From a virus, in the IMG/VR virus record IMGVR_UViG_3300045738_001221, positions 1-64,000 of that record: a stretch of DNA of 64,000 nucleotides. One strand, given 5' to 3'. The notes below the pieces were generated by a model. It ran no database searches. It was not told the DNA's origin and saw only the letters and a list, made by a program, of their open reading frames with translations. Below are positions 45,166 to 54,754 of this stretch, one piece after another (positions within the stretch are counted from its first letter, which is position 1; each line of letters starts with the position of its first letter). The translations under genes and the position numbers were made by a program.

Positions 45166-45529
45166 AACGAAAGAAACTTGTGAGTTCAGAATTTATATAG
45201 GCTCTATTTACGAGCCCAATGGAGTCCCCTTCTATGAGAGTAAGCTGCTTATGGAGATAGGTAAGTTCCAAGACAACTATGGGATACAAATACCCGTCAG
45301 ACTAACTAGAACGTCTTTTGTTTGCGGCCTAGAGTACGGAGAAGATGGCTGGGAAATAGCCATTATAAACTATCCGAAACTGAAAGCTGAGATTGAAGAC
45401 ATTGAATTATTTTCTGAAAGATTAGCAGAATACCTATTGGATGTTTTTCAACAAAAAATAGTCACTCTCGTAACCCCCTTGGTATCTATCATGTATGAGG
45501 AAGATCGTGTGGCCCAACCGATGGAATAG
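45155..45529 (+). CDS. Hypothetical protein
   Basis: ORF track. Confidence 0.6.
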   Translation: MKVKTKETCEFRIYIGSIYEPNGVPFYESKLLMEIGKFQDNYGIQIPVRLTRTSFVCGLEYGEDGWEIAIINYPKLKAEIEDIELFSERLAEYLLDVFQQKIVTLVTPLVSIMYEEDRVAQPME

Positions 45530-45531
45530 CA

Positions 45532-45948
45532 ATGAAAATAAGAGACCTAGACAATCAGGTCCAAAACTGGAGGCTCCACGGACACATAGTTCGGGCCAAC
45601 GACAGCAGGCCTAAATCAAAGCTTCATCTGAGGGCAAGAGACCTACTCGTACGGCTATTTCCCACGGTTCAAATTCTAGAAGAGGTAGGCATCCCCATAG
45701 CTAGAAACGAAAAACTGTTTTTGGATTTTTATATCAACACCCTTAAGCTAGCTGTTGAAGTTCACGGACAGCAGCACTATGAATTTAACTCCCTTTTTCA
45801 CACTTCAGCACAGGATTTTCTGAATCAAAAGAAAAGAGACGCCAGAAAACGTGAATGGTGCGAGTATAATAATATTACATACGTGGAGTTACCTTATAAT
45901 GAGGACGCCGTCCAGTGGCATTACAAGATCGAGCAAAGGAACGCCTAG
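45532..45948 (+). CDS. Vsr/DUF559-like endonuclease
   Basis: LFLDFY, AVEVHGQQH, RDARKREWC. Confidence 0.75.
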   Translation: MKIRDLDNQVQNWRLHGHIVRANDSRPKSKLHLRARDLLVRLFPTVQILEEVGIPIARNEKLFLDFYINTLKLAVEVHGQQHYEFNSLFHTSAQDFLNQKKRDARKREWCEYNNITYVELPYNEDAVQWHYKIEQRNA

Positions 45949-46400
45949 AAGCCGTCGATAGGGTTCTGGACGAATATGAGGGGTCTCTAGGGCTCCCCTC
46001 TTATACGGCAGACTTCCACGACCCTTCTGTGCGAGAATACCTGAGTATGCCCAGAGAGCAAATGGAAAAACTTACGGTAGAGGAATGTGCCGAAGCTGCT
46101 CTCTTGCTGGGCGGCTTCTCTTTCTACTTACAAAGATCCTATAATAGAGAAGTAGCAAGGGTAAATTGGTGTGCTTCCTCAATAAAGACAATGATTTCTG
46201 GCAGAGAGAGCCAGTACTCTGGGTCTTGGGATAGCCAATACCAGCAGGCTGTCCGAGAAGATAGTTACGCATCCAAGATGAACAGAATTAAAGTGTATGC
46301 GCAACAAAGAGCAGACAGGATTACTTATTTGGCCAATTCTGTTAGAAATTTTAGCGACTTATTTGTTAACCTTCAGAAAGCAAAGATAAGCAGGACATGA
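45915..46400 (+). CDS. Helical hypothetical protein (possible recombination mediator)
   Basis: Coiled-coil character; located in recombination module. Confidence 0.55.
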   Translation: MALQDRAKERLEAVDRVLDEYEGSLGLPSYTADFHDPSVREYLSMPREQMEKLTVEECAEAALLLGGFSFYLQRSYNREVARVNWCASSIKTMISGRESQYSGSWDSQYQQAVREDSYASKMNRIKVYAQQRADRITYLANSVRNFSDLFVNLQKAKISRT

Positions 46401-46876
46401 ACAAAGAAGATTTAAAAAGAGCATTAAAAGAGATGTCCAAGAAAGAACTCATGGAAGTCATTGCAGAAATGCAAGATGATAAAGCTTCTCCCGATCTACA
46501 TTCTATTGACAAAACCAAAAAGAACCGCCGCCGAGGAAAAGGTGGAAGAAAGAAGAAGGCTCGTTCCACCAAGACGTTTGGAGCAAACAAGGGGGATAAA
46601 GCTCGCACCAGTCGTGTTGATACCTCTGGCAATCGTCCTAACAAGTTCGAGGAATTTATGAATAATACGGTTTTGTCGGGAACAGAAATGCGGGAGCTTG
46701 AGGAGGCGACCACCTCAGACAAATCAAACATAGACACCAAAAGGTCTCCACGGGCACGACATTCTTCTATGGTAGAGGTTAAGTGTAGAATATGTGAAAA
46801 AGAAGAAACCGTAGCCTCATCTCTGGTTCACGAAGCTGATCGCTATTTATGCAACAGTTGTTGCTCAAGGAAATAA
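46397..46876 (+). CDS. Basic protein with C-terminal Zn finger
   Basis: CRIC...CNSC. Confidence 0.6.
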   Translation: MNKEDLKRALKEMSKKELMEVIAEMQDDKASPDLHSIDKTKKNRRRGKGGRKKKARSTKTFGANKGDKARTSRVDTSGNRPNKFEEFMNNTVLSGTEMRELEEATTSDKSNIDTKRSPRARHSSMVEVKCRICEKEETVASSLVHEADRYLCNSCCSRK

Positions 46877-46877
46877 C

Positions 46878-48320
46878 ATGATTCTACAAGACTTGCCTGC
46901 CGAAAGAGCTATTCTAGCAGGCATCTTTCGCTATGGATCTGATGCCTATCTTGACACGGTAGACATCATTGACGAAAACAGCTTTACGCTAGAGTCGAAT
47001 ATGTCCATATACTGTTGTCTTAAACATATTTTAGATAAAGACGATTCTTCAAAAGCCGACATTCCCTCGATACTCTCCACAGCAAAAGAAATCGGTCTAG
47101 ATGATTTCTTTAATACTCAGGAAGTATCACACCTGTCTTCTATCATGAAGTTCCCGGTCCTTCTTGGAAACGTAAGGCGCTTTGCAGCCAAAGTAAGAAA
47201 GCTACAAATAGCCAGAATGATGTATGATCAGCTAGAGCTGACCAAAGAAAAGTATACCGAAATCAAGGGTGACGAGCCCATATCTCAAATACTGGGAATT
47301 GCTGAAGAATCAATATTTGATTTCACCTCAATTCTTTCCGACTCAGACGAAGCCCCCGGCAAGATGTTCGACAACATATCCGAATATCTAGAAGACCTTG
47401 CTAATGACCCAGTGGACCAGATAGGTATATCTACAGGATTCAATAGATACGACTTTGCTATCGGGGGAGGTCTTCGGAAAGGAACAGTCAGTGTCATTGG
47501 GGCTCGTCCAAAGGTAGGAAAAACTCTTTTGGCAGACAATATGGGAGTACACATTGCACAACGAGGAATTCCAGTCCTCAACCTAGATACCGAAATGAGG
47601 AAAGAAGATCATCTTAATCGGCTTATGGCAATGCTTACTGGGGTTCAAATTAATGATATCGAAACTGGCGCGTTTTCCAAAAGTCCGCTCCTGAAACAAA
47701 AGGTTTTCGATGCAGCTCAACATATTAAAGATATCCCCTACTACTTTAAGTCCATTGGGGGAATGCCCTTTGAGGATCAGATTTCCATCATGCGTCGATG
47801 GCTTGCCAAGGTGGTAGGCTTAAATGATAAAGGCAAAGCAAAGGACTGTGTCATAATTTATGATTATTTAAAGCTAATGGACTCCGCCGAGATCAAGGGG
47901 GACATGAAGGAGTTTCAGGTTCTGGGATTTATGATGACGGCACTTCATAACTTTGCTCTGAGATATGAGATTCCAATTTTATCATTCATTCAGTTGAACC
48001 GGGACGGCATCAATAAAGAAACTACAGACACTGCCTCCGGGTCTGATAGAATTATCTGGCTGTGTTCAAATTTCAGCATTTATAAGTACAAGTCGGACGA
48101 AGAGGTCGCAAAGGATGGCCCCGAAAATGGAAACAGAAAGCTTGTTCCCGTCATTTCTAGGCACGGAGAGGGGCTTGAGGACAGAGACTATATCAACATA
48201 AGAATGAACGGAGCCTACGCTAAAATAACCGAGGGTAAAACGGCATTTGAACTAGAGGACAATACACACGAAGATGACCCAGAACAATACTCAACAGAAC
48301 AAGACGTTCCATTCGTATAA
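46878..48320 (+). CDS. dnaB: Replicative DNA helicase
   Basis: AERAIL, STGF, GARPKVGKT, DYLKLM, QLNR, SGSD. Confidence 0.92.
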   Translation: MILQDLPAERAILAGIFRYGSDAYLDTVDIIDENSFTLESNMSIYCCLKHILDKDDSSKADIPSILSTAKEIGLDDFFNTQEVSHLSSIMKFPVLLGNVRRFAAKVRKLQIARMMYDQLELTKEKYTEIKGDEPISQILGIAEESIFDFTSILSDSDEAPGKMFDNISEYLEDLANDPVDQIGISTGFNRYDFAIGGGLRKGTVSVIGARPKVGKTLLADNMGVHIAQRGIPVLNLDTEMRKEDHLNRLMAMLTGVQINDIETGAFSKSPLLKQKVFDAAQHIKDIPYYFKSIGGMPFEDQISIMRRWLAKVVGLNDKGKAKDCVIIYDYLKLMDSAEIKGDMKEFQVLGFMMTALHNFALRYEIPILSFIQLNRDGINKETTDTASGSDRIIWLCSNFSIYKYKSDEEVAKDGPENGNRKLVPVISRHGEGLEDRDYINIRMNGAYAKITEGKTAFELEDNTHEDDPEQYSTEQDVPFV

Positions 48321-49446
48321 ATATGGCGACTTTGGCAAATTAAAACAGTTGTCTAGCCTCGCCGCCCAACACATAGATCAGATCTATGAGTACTTCGGGA
48401 TCAAGACCGGGTACAAAAACGAAATATTAATGAAGTCGTGCTGCCCTATTCATGGTGGCGACAATCCGACAGCCCTTAATATGTATTATAACGGGGACTA
48501 TAAGGTTCACTACAAATGTAGGACACACCAATGTGAAGATATATTTGGCAACAGCCTAATCCACTTTATTCGGGGGTGTCTCTGCAGATTTAAGTATAAC
48601 TGGGAAAAGGAGGGGGACAAGGAGGCCACCTTCGCGGAAGCGGTGGAGTTCTTGCTTGCGTTTCTTAAACAAGACTTTGACTCCCTCAAAAGCGAGACAG
48701 TCAATATAGAAAAAATGAAGTTTGGAAGTCTAGTAAATTCCATATCTTCAAAAAAAGCAAGAGGACTTGGCATAACACAAGAACAATATCGAGAAAAGCT
48801 CCCGACCGTTGCTCAGTACTACATAGATAGGGGTTTTGATGTAAGCATATTAGAAGAATATGATGTGAGGTATTGTGATAACCCCAGAAAACCCATGTAC
48901 CAAAGGGCGGTTGTCCCTGTGTATGATAATGATCACAAATACATAGTTGGCTGCACGGGTAGAAGCATATTCCCAAAGTGTGAACAGTGCAACAATTACC
49001 ACAATCCTAATGAAAAATGTAGACACTTTCCCAAGTGGCTCCACAGCAAAGGGTTTCAAAAGGAAAAGTGGTTGTATAATTACTGGAAGGCCAAAAATCA
49101 TATCCTAGACACTGGAGTTGTTATTCTTGTTGAATCGCCCGGAAACGTATGGAGACTTGCCGAAGCCGAAATACATAATACTGTTGCAATTTTTGGAACA
49201 GCTTTCAACAATGACCAAAAACACTTACTAGATGAGTCAGGAGCGTTGTCTATTGTTTGTCTAATGGACAACGATGAGGCAGGAAGAAAGGCTGCCGCCA
49301 AGATAGAGGATATATGCGGGAGACTTTATCGGCTATATTTTCCCACCTTCGATGCAAATGATATTGCAGAACTGAATACGGACAAAATAACATCTGACAT
49401 TAGACCATGGATAGAAAAAGCTAAAGAATTATATAAAGGAATTTAA
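48274..49446 (+). CDS. DNA primase (Zn-binding plus TOPRIM)
   Basis: CPIHGGDNP, CRTHQC, GCTGR, LVESPG, MDNDEAG; extra CEQC insertion. Confidence 0.85.
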   Translation: MTQNNTQQNKTFHSYKYGDFGKLKQLSSLAAQHIDQIYEYFGIKTGYKNEILMKSCCPIHGGDNPTALNMYYNGDYKVHYKCRTHQCEDIFGNSLIHFIRGCLCRFKYNWEKEGDKEATFAEAVEFLLAFLKQDFDSLKSETVNIEKMKFGSLVNSISSKKARGLGITQEQYREKLPTVAQYYIDRGFDVSILEEYDVRYCDNPRKPMYQRAVVPVYDNDHKYIVGCTGRSIFPKCEQCNNYHNPNEKCRHFPKWLHSKGFQKEKWLYNYWKAKNHILDTGVVILVESPGNVWRLAEAEIHNTVAIFGTAFNNDQKHLLDESGALSIVCLMDNDEAGRKAAAKIEDICGRLYRLYFPTFDANDIAELNTDKITSDIRPWIEKAKELYKGI

Positions 49447-49447
49447 A

Positions 49448-49678
49448 ATGAATGACGTAAAGGCGTTTGCGGTTAGTTACCTGTTTCACAAGGCCATTTC
49501 CGATCAAGAGAAGGCAAAGCTGTCCCTTGAGTTGCTAATGAATAGGTCGGCTGGAATTGGCGACCACTCAACTGGTGATTTTCATCAGAATTTAGACGAA
49601 GCACTCGACCTTCTGGTGGATTCTCGGGATCGTCTAGAGGTGCTACACAGTAGTTATCCAGATTTTTTAACAGATTAA
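49448..49678 (+). CDS. Conserved small phage protein
   Basis: AGIGDHS motif. Confidence 0.6.
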   Translation: MNDVKAFAVSYLFHKAISDQEKAKLSLELLMNRSAGIGDHSTGDFHQNLDEALDLLVDSRDRLEVLHSSYPDFLTD

Positions 49679-49691
49679 GAAAGGAAGATCC

Positions 49692-50540
49692 ATGACGCAA
49701 ATCTTAGGCTTTGCGGGTAAGAAGCAAAGCGGAAAAAATACAGCGTGTAATTTCATTCTTGCCATGAAGCTCGCAGAGATTGGTGTCTGCAAAACATCTA
49801 GGCTCTCTGATGAAGGAATGGTGGAGATCACAGACATCTTTGGGGAAAAGCCCCCAAATGTTTCCTCAGATTTCTTTCCCTTTGAAGATCCGTATGTAAA
49901 TGTAGGCAGCCTCTTTGACAACGAGCTTGGGGGTTTTGTTAGGCTCTATGCTCTCGCAGACACCCTTAAAGAAATATCGGTTAAGATACTCGGATTGCGT
50001 GAAGAGCAAGCCTTTGGGACAGACGAAGATAAAAACAGCAAAACAAATTTGAGGTGGGAAGACATGCCCGGCATCATATCGCCGGGAGAGTTGAGAAAAA
50101 AGGGATTTACAAAAGACCAAGCGGGCTCCTTGGGACTAACGGTTCACGCAAAGGGAAAAATGACAGCAAGGGAAGTCTTGCAGTATGTTGGTACGGACAT
50201 ATTTAGAAAGATGAATCACAACGTATGGCTAGACTCTTTCGTATCCAAAGTTAATTCGGACGGCTCCGAACTTGCGTTAGTATCTGACGTTAGATTTAAA
50301 AATGAAATAACGGGCATTCAAGACAGAGGCGGCTTTGTGGTGGGCCTCTCAAGAGACATCTACAGCGGTGGAGACCCACACTCTAGTGAATCGGAGTTAG
50401 ATGAAGCACTGTCTTTCTGTGATGCAACCGTGGACAATGGGGACCTAACCATTCCAGAACAAAACGAACAAATATACTATTCGGTAGAACATCTAAAAGA
50501 TGTAATACCTAGGTTTGTAGAGCCTAAGGTAGAAGGCTAA
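49692..50540 (+). CDS. Deoxynucleoside monophosphate kinase
   Basis: GKKQSGKNT, LADTLK, AREVLQYVGTD, DVRFKNE, HSSE. Confidence 0.88.
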   Translation: MTQILGFAGKKQSGKNTACNFILAMKLAEIGVCKTSRLSDEGMVEITDIFGEKPPNVSSDFFPFEDPYVNVGSLFDNELGGFVRLYALADTLKEISVKILGLREEQAFGTDEDKNSKTNLRWEDMPGIISPGELRKKGFTKDQAGSLGLTVHAKGKMTAREVLQYVGTDIFRKMNHNVWLDSFVSKVNSDGSELALVSDVRFKNEITGIQDRGGFVVGLSRDIYSGGDPHSSESELDEALSFCDATVDNGDLTIPEQNEQIYYSVEHLKDVIPRFVEPKVEG

Positions 50541-50542
50541 AC

Positions 50543-51604
50543 ATGGGAATTCCGATAGTTTATTTTAGAAGCAGTTCCTTCAACTGCCATAGAATGTGCC
50601 CCATGCAATATTACATAGAATATGGCTTGGGATGGAGGGGCATCTCCGGCAAGAAGGCTGACAAAGGAACTATCGTCCATAAAATTCTTGAGATAACGGC
50701 GGTTTCCAAGAAGGCCCTACAGGAGGGGAAAGCAACAATTAATGATAGCGAAATAGGCAAGATTGAGGTTGCTAATTATGAACCTGACTACTTAGATGGA
50801 ATAATAGACAGGGTTTATGAACATTATACATCAAGGCTCAAGCATCATAAATGGATTCCTAGCGACAAGAAGCATTGTCACGAGTGGGTATGGAAAATAT
50901 TTAATGACCACGACGGAATGTTCGATCCCAAAAACAGAAATATTATAGATGCAGAGCCGCATTTTGATTTCGAGATAAACGAAGAGTGGGCTTCTTACGA
51001 CTATGCTCTTCACGACGGAACTAAGCTTCAAGGTAACCTAGCTTTAAAGGGAACCGTTGACCTTATAACAGACGTTGGTGATGGAGTGTACGAGATCATT
51101 GACTGGAAAACTGGCAAGCGTCTTGACTGGGCAACGGGTAAGGAAAAAACGCCAGCCAAACTGCAAAAGGACATTCAGCTAAGGATGTACCACTTAGCGG
51201 CCAAGAAGCTCTATCCCGATGTAAAAACGTTTCTTGTTACCATCCACTTTATAAACGACGGGGGGCCATTTACAATACACTTCCAAGACAGCGACATATC
51301 GACTACTCTCGAAATGATACGCAAGAAGTATGAGTTAATTAAAGAGACAGAGCTTCCCCAACTTAATAAAAGCTGGAAGTGTACCAAGCTTTGTCCGGCA
51401 GGAAAGAGCACGTTCGAGGGAACCCATATAAAACCCCTAATAGAAAGAAGGTTTGGCGCGGTCACTAAGTATGGAGAATATATGACCAAATGCGAGCAAA
51501 CTAAATATCTCATTGAGAAGCACGGAATTGGATGGGCAACAGAAAATTTAATGGAACCTGATCACGCAATAGGAAAGTATAATGCCCCCGGAGAACTATC
51601 GTGA
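50543..51604 (+). CDS. PD-(D/E)XK exonuclease, Cas4/RecB-like with probable Fe-S cysteines
   Basis: SSFNCHRMCP, GTIVH, GTVDL, IIDWKTG, QLRMY, CTKLC...C. Confidence 0.8.
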   Translation: MGIPIVYFRSSSFNCHRMCPMQYYIEYGLGWRGISGKKADKGTIVHKILEITAVSKKALQEGKATINDSEIGKIEVANYEPDYLDGIIDRVYEHYTSRLKHHKWIPSDKKHCHEWVWKIFNDHDGMFDPKNRNIIDAEPHFDFEINEEWASYDYALHDGTKLQGNLALKGTVDLITDVGDGVYEIIDWKTGKRLDWATGKEKTPAKLQKDIQLRMYHLAAKKLYPDVKTFLVTIHFINDGGPFTIHFQDSDISTTLEMIRKKYELIKETELPQLNKSWKCTKLCPAGKSTFEGTHIKPLIERRFGAVTKYGEYMTKCEQTKYLIEKHGIGWATENLMEPDHAIGKYNAPGELS

Positions 51605-52092
51605 TAGAAATTGAAATAACAAAAGAAATGAAAAAACGGGCTTGGAAGAAGGCACGCGAGATGGGAGTCATCTACAACTCCATTATGAAGGGAGGGGGCA
51701 ATATTGCAGGCTTCCTAGGAGAAGAGATTGCAAATTCTCTAATAGAAGGCACAGTAAATAACACCTATGACTACGACATAACTTCCAAAAGCGGAATCAA
51801 GTATGACGTTAAAACTAAAAGGTGTACATCTGCCCCCAAACCCAACTACGAATGCTCTGTTGCAAACTTTAATACCAAACAGAAGTGTGACAGGTACGCA
51901 TTTGTTAGGGTAGAATTTAAAAGCGGAAGGTGGGGAAGGGCTTGGCTTCTAGGCTGGCTAACTCACGAAGAATATTTTGAGAAATCAAAGAAGCTTACTA
52001 AAGGACAGATTGACTCATCAAATGGCTTTGTTGTGCGTGCCGATTGTCACAATGTTGCTATTTCGGAGTTGAGAAAATTTAGGAGAAAGTAA
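51601..52092 (+). CDS. Restriction-endonuclease-fold hypothetical protein
   Basis: GFLGEE, YDYD, DVKTK. Confidence 0.6.
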   Translation: MIEIEITKEMKKRAWKKAREMGVIYNSIMKGGGNIAGFLGEEIANSLIEGTVNNTYDYDITSKSGIKYDVKTKRCTSAPKPNYECSVANFNTKQKCDRYAFVRVEFKSGRWGRAWLLGWLTHEEYFEKSKKLTKGQIDSSNGFVVRADCHNVAISELRKFRRK

Positions 52093-53957
52093 TGAACCTC
52101 TACGTTCCTCTTCATGTGCATAGCGAATATTCATTGCTTGACGGCCTTTCGCAAACAAAGCACATTGCAAAGCGTCTCGAAGAAATTGAAATTGATACTT
52201 GCGCACTTACGGATCATGGCACGGTGTCCGGCGCTGTAGACTTTCATAAAACAATATCGAATGGCTTCAAGCCCATTTTGGGGTGCGAATTTTATCTTTC
52301 TGAACAAGAAGCTACCTTAAAAGATCCAACCAATTCCAAACTAATGCATCAGGTTGTTCTTGCGAAAGACCTAGAGGGATGGAAGAAGCTCTTGTCTATT
52401 GTTTCTGAATCCAACAAACCAGAGCACTTTTACAAGAAGCCAAGAATTGGATTTGAAAAATTCCTTGAGTCTGCGGCAAGTTCAAGAAAAATAGTTTCTT
52501 TTAGCGGCCACCTAGGATCTCATCTCGCAAACGTTGTTTCGGATAACCCGAACTGGAAAAAGGATGGCATCCGAGAAGCACAGAGGCTTCAGGAGGCATT
52601 TGGAAAAGGAAACTTCTATATAGAAATTCAGCTTATTGATTCTTTGATAAACGAAAAAGCAAAAGAAGTGGGCGAAAAACTTCGTGAAATTTCTATCGCA
52701 ACCGGAATACCCTCTGTGGCAACGCCAGACGCACACTATTGCCGCCGAGAAGACGCGCACGATCAGCGAGTGCTTCTTTGTACCGCCATGAGAAAAAGCA
52801 TTGGACAGATTCAGAGTGAAATCAAACAGGGGAAGTCAAAAGTAATGAGTTCGTTCTTCGAGTCAAACAATTATCATATCCCAACCTATGATGATATGAA
52901 ACAATTTCACTCAGATGAAGAACTCGATGCCACTTTGGAAATAGCAAACATGTGTTCTGTTTACGATATACTCGGACCCCCCAACCCCCCTACCTTTGAC
53001 TGCCCCGGAGGCATATCCCCCAACGATTACCTTCGCCACCTGTGCCGTGAGGGGTGGGCGGAAAAAATGGAGCACATAGACAAAGACCATGACATGTTTG
53101 ATGAGTATGGCAAGAGAGTTAATAAAGAAATCGAGATTTTCACAGAAACAAACCTATCGAGCTACTTTTTAATCGTTAGAGATATCTTGCGATATGCCGA
53201 CTCAAAGGGCTATCTTACAGGCCCCGGTCGTGGAAGCGCAGCGGGATGTATTGTATCATATCTCATGGACATAACCAAGATTGACCCCGTTCGCTATAAT
53301 TTAATCTTTGAAAGGTTCTACAATGCCGGAAGAAATTCAGGAAACCGAATATCTATGCCTGACATTGATATAGATGTTCCTAAGTGCGGTAGGTCAGATA
53401 TAATTGAATATATCAGAACGAAATACGGCAAAGACAATGTTGCTCAAATCGTTACATTTCAAACGCTAAAGGGTCGCGCGGCACTCAAAAGGGTCATGGC
53501 AGCCCGTGGAAATATCGGCTTTGATGAACAAAATTCTATAACATCCCACTTACTAGATGAATCCAAAATCGTAGATGAATTACAAGACATGAAAGACGAG
53601 CTAGGAACATCCTCTGTTATCCTTTGGGCCCTTGAGAACAGGAGCGACAAGCTGAGTGATTGGTGCTATATTGATGATGATGGAAATTTGCAGGGACGCT
53701 TTGCTAAAATTTTTGAGCAGGCTATTCGCCTCGAAGACACAAAGATCATTCAGTCTAAGCACGCGGCGGGAGTCGTAGTTTCCCCTCAGCCAATCTCCGA
53801 AGTGTGTCCTATGGTTTTAGACCGCGAGGAAAAAGGCTTACTGGCAGGCTTTGAGGGCCCCAGTTGTGAAGATGTAGGTCTTTTAAAGCTAGATGTCTTA
53901 GGAATTAAGATGCTAGATAAGATCATGGAAGTTCCCAATATTTTAATGGGGGCATAG
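52092..53957 (+). CDS. dnaE: DNA polymerase III alpha, N-terminal part (PHP plus palm)
   Basis: HVHSEYSLLDG, TDHG, GPGRGSAAG, FERF, MPDIDID, HAAG, KLDVLG. Confidence 0.93.
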   Translation: MNLYVPLHVHSEYSLLDGLSQTKHIAKRLEEIEIDTCALTDHGTVSGAVDFHKTISNGFKPILGCEFYLSEQEATLKDPTNSKLMHQVVLAKDLEGWKKLLSIVSESNKPEHFYKKPRIGFEKFLESAASSRKIVSFSGHLGSHLANVVSDNPNWKKDGIREAQRLQEAFGKGNFYIEIQLIDSLINEKAKEVGEKLREISIATGIPSVATPDAHYCRREDAHDQRVLLCTAMRKSIGQIQSEIKQGKSKVMSSFFESNNYHIPTYDDMKQFHSDEELDATLEIANMCSVYDILGPPNPPTFDCPGGISPNDYLRHLCREGWAEKMEHIDKDHDMFDEYGKRVNKEIEIFTETNLSSYFLIVRDILRYADSKGYLTGPGRGSAAGCIVSYLMDITKIDPVRYNLIFERFYNAGRNSGNRISMPDIDIDVPKCGRSDIIEYIRTKYGKDNVAQIVTFQTLKGRAALKRVMAARGNIGFDEQNSITSHLLDESKIVDELQDMKDELGTSSVILWALENRSDKLSDWCYIDDDGNLQGRFAKIFEQAIRLEDTKIIQSKHAAGVVVSPQPISEVCPMVLDREEKGLLAGFEGPSCEDVGLLKLDVLGIKMLDKIMEVPNILMGA

Positions 53958-54031
53958 TGCCGTGGGCAACAATCGCGGCGATAAGAGCATATTATAGAGA
54001 CCTATGCTCCTGATTCCAAAGAAATTAGCGG

Positions 54032-54040
54032 TGGTATAAT
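54032..54040 (+). promoter_or_regulatory. Extended -10 promoter inside the dnaE split
   Basis: TGGTATAAT upstream of AAGGA-GTG 54083. Confidence 0.6.
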
Positions 54041-54082
54041 TGAATAAGCAACAAGCGGTATCGGAGATAAAGGAACTAAAAA

Positions 54083-54754
54083 GTGAACAATAGATGGATT
54101 ATAGTATTCGACTGGGAAACCGATAGCCCAAATCCCCAAACATGCAATCCCGTTGAACTTGCTGCCGTACCGGTAGACCCCAGAACGCTAGAAATAAAAA
54201 AGGATCAGGCGTTCAGGGCGACAATACGACCAGACGGAATCGACAGCGAGGAGTATTTCACAAAGGAGCGTCAGGACACAATTGCGTGGCACTCTAAACA
54301 GCGAGGGGTCAAGACAGAGGAAATTGTCAAGGGCTGGAAAGCGGGGCAAAGCGAGAAGGTGGTGTGGAAAAATTTCTGTAACTATTGTGCTAAATATGAA
54401 GTTGACAAAAAGGCCGGTCAGTGGTATACCGAGCCAATTCCTTCTGGCTATAACATCATAGGGTTTGACCTTGTCATTGCCAATAGGCTCGCTGAAAAAT
54501 ACTCAACAAAATCCCCCTTCTCGAAAGTAACTAAAATTGATATGATGGACATTTTATTTATGTGGTTCGAGAATTTAGATGAGCCGAGTAGCATGAAGCT
54601 CGATGCTTTTCGCAAGTTCTTTGGAATGGAAGCTGCCCAAGCACATGAAGCCCTGTCGGACGCCCTTGATGAGGCCGAGCTTATGGTTAAGTTCATGAAG
54701 TTTCATAGGCGGCAATCTACAGTGGAAAAATTTAAAGGGGCTTTTGCTAGATGA
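54083..54754 (+). CDS. DEDDh 3'-5' exonuclease (epsilon-like)
   Basis: FDWET, GYNIIGFD, HEALSD. Confidence 0.85.
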   Translation: MNNRWIIVFDWETDSPNPQTCNPVELAAVPVDPRTLEIKKDQAFRATIRPDGIDSEEYFTKERQDTIAWHSKQRGVKTEEIVKGWKAGQSEKVVWKNFCNYCAKYEVDKKAGQWYTEPIPSGYNIIGFDLVIANRLAEKYSTKSPFSKVTKIDMMDILFMWFENLDEPSSMKLDAFRKFFGMEAAQAHEALSDALDEAELMVKFMKFHRRQSTVEKFKGAFAR

